Positions 19,573 through 29,199 of a stretch of DNA of 64,000 bases are shown here, piece by piece (the first letter of the stretch is position 1; each line of letters starts with the position of its first letter). The notes under the pieces were generated by a model, which was not told the DNA's origin, ran no database searches, and worked only from the letters and a program-made list of their open reading frames with translations. The stretch lies in NCBI GenBank assembly GCA_013815345.1, contig JACDGK010000004.1:10361-74360 (forward strand), written 5' to 3'. Origin of the DNA: Patescibacteria group bacterium (GTDB lineage: Bacteria > Patescibacteriota > Minisyncoccia > Phycocordibacterales > Phycocordibacteraceae). A program made the position numbers and the translations under genes.

Positions 19573-20139
19573 CTATACTCCTGCGTGCGGCATTTGGCCG
19601 TCGGCGTGAAGTGCTGCCACTTCACGCATGATAAGATCTCGAAGCTCCGTAGGATTCTCAATGCCGGTCATGGTAAATTTTTCATCTCGCCCAGCAGTTT
19701 CAACATTCAATGTACCGAAACCGAATATTGTAGGGAAAAGTCCCTCGACGTTCGTCGTTACGTCTTGTACTCGATTCAAAAGAAAACTTGAGACCTGGCG
19801 ACTGAAAAATCCGTATTGATGAATATCAACGATACGTGTCGTCGTGATGACCCACACCGTAAGAAAATAACGAGTGAAAATGCTAAATACGCTAATCCAG
19901 AGAAATAACCACCAGAACGCAAGCAGCATAACGAGCCACGGTCCTGCCTGCGATAGGTTTGCTGCAAGCGCTTGGCCGATACTGGGATTTGCACTGCCAA
20001 TGAATACGATCGCAACGGGAATAAAAAGAGGAAGAATAGCAAACACGAGATACGGCACGAGTGTTCCCACCAGTACGATCCAATGTCTTCTGACTGATCG
20101 AGTTATTTGTTCTCCGGGCTCTAATTCGAATTCTTCCAT
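19573..20139 (-). CDS. membrane protein with bacterial PH domain
   Basis: VRRHW, 2 TMs, WVITTTRIVDIHQYGFF, GFGTLNVETAG. Confidence 0.8.
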   Translation of the reverse strand: MEEFELEPGEQITRSVRRHWIVLVGTLVPYLVFAILPLFIPVAIVFIGSANPSIGQALAANLSQAGPWLVMLLAFWWLFLWISVFSIFTRYFLTVWVITTTRIVDIHQYGFFSRQVSSFLLNRVQDVTTNVEGLFPTIFGFGTLNVETAGRDEKFTMTGIENPTELRDLIMREVAALHADGQMPHAGV

Positions 20140-20145
20140 AAATAT

Positions 20146-20451
20146 TTATTGAAATACGAACCCACTGATCGCCAGCAGGAATAAAAGAGCCGAGACGACA
20201 AGGTGAATACTGAGCGCCGGAACCGCGACCCAGGAACGATGGCCATATTTCAGCCAGTGATAGGTGACAACCAACGTATAGATAAGCCAGACGATAAATA
20301 TGAGGGCGAAAGTGATTGCGAGCACTTGTCCTTCGTTGATTGTCGTGAAGATCGTACTGAATGGCGTTTGAATAGGGTCAAGCGGACTCGTAGGAATAGC
20401 GTTAGCGGCAGCGTAGGACGAGGCGCCCGTGAGAGGGACCGATGAGGTCAT
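20146..20451 (-). CDS. small membrane protein
   Basis: Two TMs with YHWLKYG; coupled to the prmC stop. Confidence 0.65.
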   Translation of the reverse strand: MTSSVPLTGASSYAAANAIPTSPLDPIQTPFSTIFTTINEGQVLAITFALIFIVWLIYTLVVTYHWLKYGHRSWVAVPALSIHLVVSALLFLLAISGFVFQ

Positions 20452-21221
20452 TAAGTAAAGTGTGCCACGAGAAGACGTGGACGACCATAGAGGTCTTCGT
20501 GGATAGTCGCGTCAGCTCTGCTTGCAAGGAGAAGTGCTTGTGCCTCATGTATGTTTGAAATATCGCATTCCATCCAGAGCTCGCCTGAAGATAGGAGATG
20601 GTGCGAAACATCTAAAATGATTCGCTGAATAAGATCGAGACCTTTCGGCCCGCTGAATAATGCTTCGGGGGGCTCGAACGCGTGAACTGCCTGCGGCAGT
20701 TCACGCGCATCGGGGATGTATGGTGGATTCGTGGCAATGATATCAAATCGTTCGTTCGTGAAAGGTGAAAAGAGATCGCCAGCGCAAATAACGGCACGAG
20801 ATACGTCCAGATTATTTTCAGCAATATTCATTCGAATCAAATCTGTATGCTCGTGAGAAAGTTCGCCAAATGACACGTACGCGTTAGGGAAGTACGAAAG
20901 TATCGACAGACCAATAGCGCCGGAGCCTGCACAAAGATCAAGTAATCTAAATGCCTTGTCGGTTTCTCCACTACCAAAACGTTCTTCGAGATAGTTGATA
21001 AGTTTTTCACTCCACCACTCGGTTTCGGGGCGGGGGATTAAGGGGTGAGAATCAAGACGTATTTTGAGATTTAAAAAAGGAACCCATCCTATGACGTAGC
21101 TGAGCGGCTCGCCGCAGGCGAGCCGCGCCTCATCCTTCGAAAGGTCAGCCCGTGCTGAATTGCCATATTTGTCGCGGCGAATAAGTGCCATATCCTGGGC
21201 AGCGACCGGGGGTATTGACAT
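20451..21221 (-). CDS. prmC: release factor glutamine methyltransferase (HemK)
   Basis: GEPLSYVIG, LIPRPETE, LDLCAGSG, TNPPYI; start moved to ATG 21221. Confidence 0.92.
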   Translation of the reverse strand: MSIPPVAAQDMALIRRDKYGNSARADLSKDEARLACGEPLSYVIGWVPFLNLKIRLDSHPLIPRPETEWWSEKLINYLEERFGSGETDKAFRLLDLCAGSGAIGLSILSYFPNAYVSFGELSHEHTDLIRMNIAENNLDVSRAVICAGDLFSPFTNERFDIIATNPPYIPDARELPQAVHAFEPPEALFSGPKGLDLIQRIILDVSHHLLSSGELWMECDISNIHEAQALLLASRADATIHEDLYGRPRLLVAHFT

Positions 21222-21242
21222 AATAATATATATGTGTATAAT
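21215..21242 (+). promoter_or_regulatory. consensus promoter TTGACA-16-TATAAT
   Basis: Both hexamers perfect; ATG 6 nt downstream; -35 overlaps the prmC start codon. Confidence 0.7.
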
Positions 21243-21248
21243 GTTTAT

Positions 21249-21581
21249 ATGACTACTGAAAGCATCCCAACAAATACCTCCCAAAAGATAAGCCTTCCTC
21301 ACCATCATATCAGCGCGCGTCTTACCCGTGATGTTACCTCAATTCTTTCAACATGCATCCATCATTTCCAAGAAGAAGAGCGTGAGATACAAGAAAGCAG
21401 CTTCGATGTTGATGCAGTTGTTTCGGGACGTTCTGTTCCCACACGTAGCACTTTTTATAAATCAGTAACTCCTCCTGCATCTCGTCGTGTTGTTCCCATT
21501 CATCCTTCTGCATACAGTTTACGAGTGCCGGAGCGTGGAAATTTCATTCCTGCTTCTCACTTCAATTTTCGTACTGCGTAA
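21249..21581 (+). CDS. hypothetical Ser/Pro-rich protein
   Basis: ORF between the consensus promoter and a terminator; no recognisable motif. Confidence 0.5.
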   Translation: MTTESIPTNTSQKISLPHHHISARLTRDVTSILSTCIHHFQEEEREIQESSFDVDAVVSGRSVPTRSTFYKSVTPPASRRVVPIHPSAYSLRVPERGNFIPASHFNFRTA

Positions 21582-21604
21582 GTAATACGAATAATAAAAC
21601 AGTC

Positions 21605-21647
21605 AAAAGGAAAATCCCGCGCACTTTGTGCGCGGGATTTTCCTTTT
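21605..21647. terminator. bidirectional terminator
   Basis: aaaaggaaaatcccgcgcac-ttt-gtgcgcgggattttcctttt perfect inverted repeat. Confidence 0.85.
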
Positions 21648-21672
21648 ACGTATGCTTAGTAAGCAAAGCTTG

Positions 21673-22020
21673 CTAGTAGCTGTTGCCGTAGCCACCACGG
21701 TCATTGCCGTAGTTGCCACCGCCTCCACCACCGCGATTGTTATCGCGACGTTCTCCAGGAGGGCGATCGCCTTGGGGACGAGCCATGGAAACCGAGAGCA
21801 TGCGCCCATCGAATTCCTTGCCATCCCAACGGTCGATAGCTGCTTGGCCTTGTGTCTCATCAGCCATTTCGACAAAACCGAAACCGCGGGAGCGGCCGGT
21901 CATGCGGTCGCTAATAATGCTTACTGACGTTACCTCACCTGCTTCCGAGAAAGCAGTGCGAAGATCATCTTCAGTCGTGCGGTACGGAATACCGCCGACA
22001 TATAACTTGCTTGTTGCCAT
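21673..22020 (-). CDS. RRM RNA-binding protein with Gly-rich tail
   Basis: RNP2 LYVGGI, RNP1 RGFGFVEM, RGG tail. Confidence 0.95.
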   Translation of the reverse strand: MATSKLYVGGIPYRTTEDDLRTAFSEAGEVTSVSIISDRMTGRSRGFGFVEMADETQGQAAIDRWDGKEFDGRMLSVSMARPQGDRPPGERRDNNRGGGGGGNYGNDRGGYGNSY

Positions 22021-22196
22021 GTGGGCGTAGAATTGAACTTGATAACTCTCGCTGCTTCCGAACCTTTGTGACTTTCGTCAATGAAGCTTGGAGACGGGCG
22101 AGCTATTTTTAAATATGCTATGGCTTCGCCGAAAACACAAGGTTCGCGAGTGCGTCGGGGATAGTAGGAACCCACAAAAAACGCTATAATTGAAAT

Positions 22197-22466
22197 ATGA
22201 ATATAGAAACACTTGTCACAAAAGGACCGAGTAACGAACATGTTCCGTTGCCCGAAGACTTACGGCTTAAAAATGGAGACCCTCTTTATTATTTGCTTCT
22301 TCCACCGAAAGACGTGGCGGCTGGAATAATCGATCCAAGCGATTCGCAACAAGCACATGACCGATTACGGTCTCTTTTCGCACTTGATATGCAAAAAGTC
22401 CTTTCCTGTGCCGGCAAATCGGCCGAAGAAGCGAAAGAAATACTTAATTCTATAGAAAGCCACTAA
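22197..22466 (+). CDS. hypothetical protein
   Basis: TATAAT 6 nt before ATG; compact 89-aa ORF. Confidence 0.6.
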   Translation: MNIETLVTKGPSNEHVPLPEDLRLKNGDPLYYLLLPPKDVAAGIIDPSDSQQAHDRLRSLFALDMQKVLSCAGKSAEEAKEILNSIESH

Positions 22467-22942
22467 GGTATTTTCATTCCCGCAGGGATGGGAATCACTC
22501 GAATAAGCCCTGCCACAATTTCTCCTTGCATATTCGGCTCTCCCAGCACGACGGCATATTCTCCAGCAGCAAGCGATGAAGTGCCCATCGTATTTTTCTG
22601 GCTACGAATGATCGTCGTGGTTCCGAGAAGTATCTTCTGTTCGGCTTGTTGATCATTTATGATAACGATCGCCGATGGCGAGACGCTGAGTATTTTTCCA
22701 AAAGTGCCGTGGGGATTTGGCCCATGACCATCCGGCATACCTAACACTCTTGAAATACCCGTATTTCCCCCAAAGTTTTGCTCATAGTTTTCACCCCACT
22801 GCGAAGAGAATTGCGCTTCGTGGTATCCGACAAGAATACCGGCTTCAAAAACGAAAATAACGATAACCACGATACTGACACCGACAATAATGCCGGCAAA
22901 AAGCCTGGAGTGTATGAATATTTTAACTGAATCAGTATTCAT
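22463..22942 (-). CDS. membrane-anchored extracytoplasmic protein (third gene of ECF operon)
   Basis: N-terminal TM plus beta-rich domain (HGTFGKILSV). Confidence 0.7.
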   Translation of the reverse strand: MNTDSVKIFIHSRLFAGIIVGVSIVVIVIFVFEAGILVGYHEAQFSSQWGENYEQNFGGNTGISRVLGMPDGHGPNPHGTFGKILSVSPSAIVIINDQQAEQKILLGTTTIIRSQKNTMGTSSLAAGEYAVVLGEPNMQGEIVAGLIRVIPIPAGMKIP

Positions 22943-22977
22943 AGATAGGGCGAGTCAGAATGAGCTAAGAGTTAGGC

Positions 22978-23439
22978 TTACTGATGTGTCTGCACACGAT
23001 GCCTTTTGAAAAAATGAACACTGCCTATATTCCATACGAAGCTTTTGAGCGACGCAAGAAATACGGCAAGTAAAAAAAGAGTAAAGGTCACTTCTACACC
23101 AGGGAGCGCCTCCGCAAGCGGAAGCGCAAAAGAGCTAAGATGACTTGAAAGAAGATCGCCATCTGACACGAGAAGTGACGCAAAACTGCTGAAGCCGCGA
23201 AGGGACGCGGCATGCATAAGCACTGGTATCGCGAGCACAAGTCCCACGAAAGAACTTGCGCCCGAAAAGGAAGAAATAACGAACCGTACCTGCCGTTGGC
23301 GGGTGCGCTCCTGCTCAACCACGCGAAGTATCCGCTCGCAAAGATACGTCGGTGGGGTTTCAGGCGGGAGAACTTTAAAAAGCCGTTCGTAATTAGCTTC
23401 CATGTTCTCTATACGCTTCACGAGGGACTTTTGGTGCAT
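22978..23439 (-). CDS. putative transmembrane anti-sigma factor
   Basis: Directly downstream of ECF sigma; short cytoplasmic N-terminus (PPTYLCERIL) plus TMs. Confidence 0.6.
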   Translation of the reverse strand: MHQKSLVKRIENMEANYERLFKVLPPETPPTYLCERILRVVEQERTRQRQVRFVISSFSGASSFVGLVLAIPVLMHAASLRGFSSFASLLVSDGDLLSSHLSSFALPLAEALPGVEVTFTLFLLAVFLASLKSFVWNIGSVHFFKRHRVQTHQ

Positions 23440-23442
23440 GTA

Positions 23443-24012
23443 TTAGGGTCGTTCAAATTTCTTCCGAAGAGCGATCAGCGCCCGTCGATGAAGACTGCGG
23501 ATCGTGTTGGCTGGCATGGAAAGTATACGACTTATATCCTCGAATGAAAGTTCTTCGTCGTATCGAAGAGAGAGTATCGTACGGTCGCGAGGGGGCAGCT
23601 CAGCAAGAACTTTTCGCACCTTCTTTGCAAGCGTTTTTCGTGCGAACAATTCTTCAGGAAGCGGCTCAGGATCGGCGAGTGTAGCGACCAGTACGTTTTC
23701 CGCATCATCAGTATCGAATCGCGAAAAAGGAACCGAACGCCGTTTACGCATGATATCGATGGCGGAGTTCTTTGCGATAGCAAAAAGCCAGGTCTTAAAG
23801 GATTTATTTTCATGAAAACGTCTGATATTGCGCCATGCCTTCACAAATGTTTCTTGTGTGGCATCTTCGGCATCAGCGGTATTGCCGATGAAATTGTGAC
23901 AGAAACGATAGACCTCAGGAAGATACCGCTCCACCAGCGTCTGAAATGCCGCACGATCGTCGTTTTTGGCGAGTGGTATGAGCTCGTGGTCGGGAGGGAG
24001 AAAATCAGTCAT
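23443..24012 (-). CDS. ECF RNA polymerase sigma factor
   Basis: DAEDATQETFVKAW, FKTWLFAIAKNSAID, region 4 LSFEDISRIL..NTIRS. Confidence 0.95.
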   Translation of the reverse strand: MTDFLPPDHELIPLAKNDDRAAFQTLVERYLPEVYRFCHNFIGNTADAEDATQETFVKAWRNIRRFHENKSFKTWLFAIAKNSAIDIMRKRRSVPFSRFDTDDAENVLVATLADPEPLPEELFARKTLAKKVRKVLAELPPRDRTILSLRYDEELSFEDISRILSMPANTIRSLHRRALIALRKKFERP

Positions 24013-24033
24013 GTGGTGAGCGACCTGTATAGG

Positions 24034-24060
24034 TACGACGCAACCTGTCCGTATTGGTTA
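24034..24060 (-). promoter_or_regulatory. probable autoregulatory ECF promoter
   Basis: TAAC-N16-CGTCGTA upstream of the sigma gene; matches the ECF AAC...CGT pattern. Confidence 0.55.
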
Positions 24061-24119
24061 CTTTTTCCTCTTTGAAATGGTAGTAAAGTGTAAGGATAGC
24101 GCATTTACCTTTATTTCCT

Positions 24120-24746
24120 ATGAACAAATCCTCATATATTTCTGAAGCGGTATGGCTCACTATTGCCATTTTCGTACCTATCGCGGTAGGACTTTCGCTG
24201 CTCTCCGGTGTTTCCTATATAAATGAGCAGCAGATATTGCGCCTCGGGGCGAATGAACCGCAGGAATGGCTCGCGCAAGATGTCGTTGCGCGTATTCAGG
24301 CGGGTGGGGTGATTGTAAAAATTGCGACCGGAACCCCCATCGCGATTGAAACTGATCCCGCACCATTTCTTTTGGTAACTGACGGACAAGGGAAGCCAGT
24401 TGCCGGAACAGGGTATCTTCACGGAAATCTTGCGACGATTCCCAGCGGCGTGTTCGATGCATCTCGTACCGATGGAAAAAATTTTGTTACGTGGCAACCT
24501 GAAGTGGGCGTACGTGAAGCGATCGTCGTCATATCCGTTACAAGCCCTGCTCAAACCGGTCAAACTGCCGTGAATAACTTTGTCGTCTCCGGCCGCTCAC
24601 TTGCCTACGTCGAATGGGAAGAACAGCAGCTTATGCAACGTGTATTCCTCGGATGGCTCGCCACTATGGTCGGCACTCTTATCTTCAGCATTATTTCGAT
24701 GTTCATTATCATCAAACCGCGCAGTGATGTCGAGGCGATTGGCTAA
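24120..24746 (+). CDS. two-TM membrane protein with extracytoplasmic domain
   Basis: TM-(QQILRLGANEPQ..VTWQPEVGVREAIV)-TM. Confidence 0.75.
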   Translation: MNKSSYISEAVWLTIAIFVPIAVGLSLLSGVSYINEQQILRLGANEPQEWLAQDVVARIQAGGVIVKIATGTPIAIETDPAPFLLVTDGQGKPVAGTGYLHGNLATIPSGVFDASRTDGKNFVTWQPEVGVREAIVVISVTSPAQTGQTAVNNFVVSGRSLAYVEWEEQQLMQRVFLGWLATMVGTLIFSIISMFIIIKPRSDVEAIG

Positions 24747-24762
24747 GAAAAAATCTAGACGA

Positions 24763-26436
24763 CTACGAACTCTTCATCATGTCGCGTTCGATGTCGACGA
24801 AGGTACCATGGACTTTTTTGCCGGGGTTGAAGATGTTTAACGGATCGAATATATTCTTGGTTTCTTCAAAGAACGCAATTACCTTGTCGCCAAAAAGCAT
24901 CGGAAGATAAGGCGTGCGAATGATACCGTCATTATGCTCACCAGTCGTGGTACCGCCGTATTTGATCACCAGCGCATACACTTTCGGAGCAAGGTCGAGA
25001 ATCACTTTTCGTGCTTCAGGCTTGTTTAGATCTATGAGGGGAATGATGTGGAAGTTGCCGTTCCCGATGTGACCCGCGATCGTATAGATAAAATTTTCCT
25101 TGTACTCGTCCAAAAGTGTATTCAGTTCGGGAAGGAATTGCGGATAACTGTCGGGCGGCACAACAAAGTCATCAATAAAAGGAGCTGCAAAAAGGCCGTG
25201 AACGTTTTTGCGCAAAAGCGAGAAACTTTCTCGACGCACAATCCAGTATTTCTCTGATTCTTTTTCGTTCTTTTCGATCTTCATACGCACATCCATGTCT
25301 TTAAGCGCTTCACGAGCTGCGGTTGCTTTTCGATCTGCCTCTTCAATCGAGTCCTCCGCGAACTCCGCCATGAGGATGAGTTTGGGTACGCCTCCCGTCG
25401 CGACCATCTCCACTTCCGGAAGGAATGAAATACCGAGTCGTGCCGCTTTCACGAATCCCATCTGCTCGAGCATTTGGGGCAGAAATTTTACGGCGAGCTT
25501 AAAAGTATTGTCGTCGTACGACTCGAATGATTCAGGATTAAGAGGAAGCACGCGTCGGACGATTTCCGGAAGAATAGTAATATCGGAAAGGAATACAACA
25601 AGCATGGCTCGATGCTCTTTCGGATGGACGAGGCGCAGTTTTGCCTTTGACATGAGCGCGAGCGTGCCCTGTGAGCCGCAGATGAGTCGCGCCAGATTGA
25701 ACGAGTCGTCTTTTTTACTAATGACATTCCAGAGTGCGTATCCTGCAGAATTCTTAGAAACCTTCGGTTTTGCATTTTCGATTGTTTCGCGATTATTTTC
25801 TAGTAATTTTGCCATTTTTCGATATATCTCTCCTTCTAGTGTTTCGAGCTTTTGTTTTTCAGCAAGCTCATCAGGAGTCAACGATTTGAAGGTTGTTATG
25901 GAACCATCAGAGAGCACGACTTCCACTTCCTCGATGTAGTCTTCCGTCTTTCCATATTCGAGCGTCCGTTCACCACCAGAATCATTATTGACAATGCCAC
26001 CCATGGCGCAGATCTCACGCGAAGCGGGATAGGAGGGAAGTATCAGGTTGTCTTTCGCCAGCGTTTCTTTTTCAAAATCCCGATAAAAAACACCAGGCTC
26101 AGTGACGGCGTAGCCACCTTCTCCCCCTGACGTAATTTCAAGTACGCGATTCATGTATTTTGTACATACGGCAACAATGGAAGTCGTGAGTGGGCCACCG
26201 GACATATCCGTACCCGCAGAACGAGCAGTTACGGAAATATTTTCTCCACTTTTTTTCCTTTCGCTCACTATCTTTACTAGTGCAGAAATATCTTGGACGT
26301 CTTTGGGATACACCACCAAAGAAGGCGTGCGTACGAAAAGGCTGGTATCACGACTGTATTTTGCGAGTTCCTCGGGAGTATCGGTGACCTCCCCTTGTAT
26401 CATTTTTTGGATTTCAGTCTCGAGCTCTTTATTCAT
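24763..26436 (-). CDS. FAD-binding oxidoreductase (GlcD/D-lactate dehydrogenase family)
   Basis: RSAGTDMSGG, GSQGTL, GHIGNGNFH, GEHNDG, FDPLNIFNPGK. Confidence 0.9.
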   Translation of the reverse strand: MNKELETEIQKMIQGEVTDTPEELAKYSRDTSLFVRTPSLVVYPKDVQDISALVKIVSERKKSGENISVTARSAGTDMSGGPLTTSIVAVCTKYMNRVLEITSGGEGGYAVTEPGVFYRDFEKETLAKDNLILPSYPASREICAMGGIVNNDSGGERTLEYGKTEDYIEEVEVVLSDGSITTFKSLTPDELAEKQKLETLEGEIYRKMAKLLENNRETIENAKPKVSKNSAGYALWNVISKKDDSFNLARLICGSQGTLALMSKAKLRLVHPKEHRAMLVVFLSDITILPEIVRRVLPLNPESFESYDDNTFKLAVKFLPQMLEQMGFVKAARLGISFLPEVEMVATGGVPKLILMAEFAEDSIEEADRKATAAREALKDMDVRMKIEKNEKESEKYWIVRRESFSLLRKNVHGLFAAPFIDDFVVPPDSYPQFLPELNTLLDEYKENFIYTIAGHIGNGNFHIIPLIDLNKPEARKVILDLAPKVYALVIKYGGTTTGEHNDGIIRTPYLPMLFGDKVIAFFEETKNIFDPLNIFNPGKKVHGTFVDIERDMMKSS

Positions 26437-26471
26437 ACCTTTTAATTTAAATTTACAGTATACCGTAATCA

Positions 26472-27269
26472 CTATCGCACCTTTGCGAGCAATCCTTTTA
26501 TAAACATCTCAGTATCATCGGGGTTTTTTACTTCGTGTGTGGTGATGCCTGTTGCCTTTACTACTTCGTCGTTGCCACCTGGGTACAGAGCGTCGCCGAT
26601 ATAGAGCATCGAGCGTATGGGTACCTGCAAGTATTCACTGAGTTTGCGAACACCATACGCTTTATTTATTCCCTTTTTCGTCACGTCGATAGTCGTCGCA
26701 CCCCCCGTTTTTACGTCGTATTCCGGTAGCAGTTCTTGTGCGGCAGTCTGCAACGTTTTCTTTTTTGAATTATCAGAATCCCATGCCTCTTTTTCATCAA
26801 TAGGAGCTTGCTGTCCTAGGACCGACATCGCGACGGAAGCACCTCGGAACTCTATTCTTTCACCATGTGAGGGACTTGAAAGATCAACCAATTTTGTTTC
26901 AGTGCAGACCTGTTCAAGTACCTCTTTTATATGAGTTGCTTCTGCGGCGGTGAGTGATTCTTCATACACTGCAGTCCAGAGGCCATTTTCAAACGTGAAG
27001 AGCGCCGCACCACTGGTCGGTTGAAGATAAACATTTCTCGTTTCAGCGTCCGCGCTGAGCTGATTCACAACCTGTTGTTCTAACTGTTCTCGCTTTCCTC
27101 CTGAAATTACCGTGAATAGAGTATGCAAAGAAAGTTGGGAGAGAAGTGCTGCCATCGAGGGAGTGATCGCTTGTTTGCTCGACGCAAGCGTCTTATCAAG
27201 ATCAAACATAATCACGTCGAGCAAAGACGCGTCGGATAAAGAGTCAGGTGATAAAGGTTCGTCGATCAT
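26472..27269 (-). CDS. HAD-IIB phosphomannomutase-like hydrolase
   Basis: FDLDKTLASSK, ISGG, GGATTIDVT..NKAYG, IGDALYPGGND. Confidence 0.88.
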   Translation of the reverse strand: MIDEPLSPDSLSDASLLDVIMFDLDKTLASSKQAITPSMAALLSQLSLHTLFTVISGGKREQLEQQVVNQLSADAETRNVYLQPTSGAALFTFENGLWTAVYEESLTAAEATHIKEVLEQVCTETKLVDLSSPSHGERIEFRGASVAMSVLGQQAPIDEKEAWDSDNSKKKTLQTAAQELLPEYDVKTGGATTIDVTKKGINKAYGVRKLSEYLQVPIRSMLYIGDALYPGGNDEVVKATGITTHEVKNPDDTEMFIKGLLAKVR

Positions 27270-29188
27270 GAAAGGTTAGGCAGCAAGCGCTTGACGAGTT
27301 CTTTTTTTGAAAGTGTCGCGACTCCGATTGCGCTGTCTGCTCCGCCGTAATACACGAAAAGAGTATCGTCACGAAGCACGATGCCGCAGGAAAAGACCAC
27401 ATTATTTATCTGGCCTTCTTTTTCCCACGGCAATACCGGTTCGAGAATAGGCATAGCAGTACGCGCGAGTACCGTCGCCGCGGTTTCGCCGTCGAGGAGC
27501 GTAGCGCCGAGACGGTAGGTGTTGTCGCCCCCGACGGCATGATAGATAAAGAGCCATCCTTCAGGGATACGAATGGGCGGCGCAGCCGTACCGATCTTTT
27601 TGGTATCCCACATTCCCGGACGCGGTGTCATGATTTCGGTACAGCGATCGATCATGCGGGTCGGAGGAAGCGAGTCGAAATAATCAACACAGATATTCGG
27701 ATCGATGCGATGAATCGCCATTATCTTGCCTTGTATCAGTCCAGGAACCAGGCAGAGGTCTTTGTCGTTTACGCCTTCGGGTGTGAGGGGTTGCGGTTCC
27801 GTCCAGTTAAAATTGTGCGCAAGAAAATCATGTATAGAAATAGAGGAAAGCGTACCGCGTGCGAGGGTGCCATCAAAAGCGGTATAGGTGATATATAACG
27901 TATCATCGATCTGAGAAAGTCGGGGATCCTCGGTGCCATGGTTTTCAAATGCCTGCCGGGGGACATACACCGGCTCTGAGAGGCGTTCATCAACATGAAT
28001 CCCGTCGGCAAGACGTGCATATCCCATTGTCGAGATATTTTCAGCGCGCCCTTCGCACGCATCTCCCATCGCGCGATAGACAAGATGCACCGAACCATCA
28101 AGATCAACGGCCGCAGCATTAAAAACGGCCCGCGATTCCCACGGATGGGAAGGATCAGCACGAAGAATAGGTTCGTCGCTCGCTCGAGTCATGAAGGAAT
28201 TTCTACTTTCATCGGTCATCGTGGAAAGCAAATCGGAGAAGGAAAGCTTTGCAGATGCACATACCGTGTCAGCAGCGCCGTAATACACGTGGAGCGTGTC
28301 GCCGGTAATGACCGCGCCAGTAGGAAAGACGATGTTTGATACGAGGCCATATCGTTCATATGATTCTTCTGGCACGAGAAACGGAAAAGCAGTCCGCGCA
28401 ATGATTTTTTGTGGATCGTCGCGGTCGAGAAGAAGCGCCTCGACGCCAAAGAGGCGATTATGCGGGTCGTAATAATTTTGTATGTGGGAATACACTAAAA
28501 GCCAACCATGCTTAGTGTGAATAGGAGTCGCGGCAACTTCCATATGTTCGCTGTCAGCTCGGCGCACGTCGGGAAGGGCATGATCGGCGAGATGTTCGTG
28601 CCAGTTGTTCCAGAAAATCGGATTCCAGAAATCTTCAATATTTTTTGTGCGTGCGAGAGCAATCGTTGGACGAGGATGTTCGTCAGTATAGTCAGTGTGC
28701 GCCGTGATCAACATTACGGCGTCATCATTGATGCGTTCAGGAAAAAGAGTGGCCGCTTTCGCATTGAAAGGAGTGACCAGGTGTTTCTCGTTTAACTGAT
28801 CAGGAGAATCTCCAATAGCTACTGCCACGCGAATGTTGTCAGGCCCGAAGGGGTACCCGCCGAGCGCGGTGTAAAAGACATACCAGCGACCTTCGAAGAA
28901 GGTCGCGCGCGGGTCTTCGCAGCCGTACGCTTCCCACGATTCTTCCGCTTTAACGACTTGCGTACGATCGTCGAAGGAACCGCCGCCTTTGGCGGCGGCA
29001 TATCCCACGGTCGAGAAACCACGCCCCGGCGTGCGCAAGTCATCTGGTTCTGCCATGGCTCGATAAAAAAGATGCGTTGTATCACCCAGTGTCACGACCG
29101 AGGGATTGAACGTGCCGATTGCTTCAAACGAACGCGTGCGCGTCGGTGAAAGAAATGGATTTTGAAGAGAGCGAAAGACAGAGAGCAT
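27266..29188 (-). CDS. tandem double GH130 glycoside phosphorylase/hydrolase
   Basis: Two propeller repeats, each with FN, EDPR, VF, YYG(A/G)AD motifs. Confidence 0.88.
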   Translation of the reverse strand: MLSVFRSLQNPFLSPTRTRSFEAIGTFNPSVVTLGDTTHLFYRAMAEPDDLRTPGRGFSTVGYAAAKGGGSFDDRTQVVKAEESWEAYGCEDPRATFFEGRWYVFYTALGGYPFGPDNIRVAVAIGDSPDQLNEKHLVTPFNAKAATLFPERINDDAVMLITAHTDYTDEHPRPTIALARTKNIEDFWNPIFWNNWHEHLADHALPDVRRADSEHMEVAATPIHTKHGWLLVYSHIQNYYDPHNRLFGVEALLLDRDDPQKIIARTAFPFLVPEESYERYGLVSNIVFPTGAVITGDTLHVYYGAADTVCASAKLSFSDLLSTMTDESRNSFMTRASDEPILRADPSHPWESRAVFNAAAVDLDGSVHLVYRAMGDACEGRAENISTMGYARLADGIHVDERLSEPVYVPRQAFENHGTEDPRLSQIDDTLYITYTAFDGTLARGTLSSISIHDFLAHNFNWTEPQPLTPEGVNDKDLCLVPGLIQGKIMAIHRIDPNICVDYFDSLPPTRMIDRCTEIMTPRPGMWDTKKIGTAAPPIRIPEGWLFIYHAVGGDNTYRLGATLLDGETAATVLARTAMPILEPVLPWEKEGQINNVVFSCGIVLRDDTLFVYYGGADSAIGVATLSKKELVKRLLPNLS

Positions 29189-29199
29189 GCGTCAGTTCA

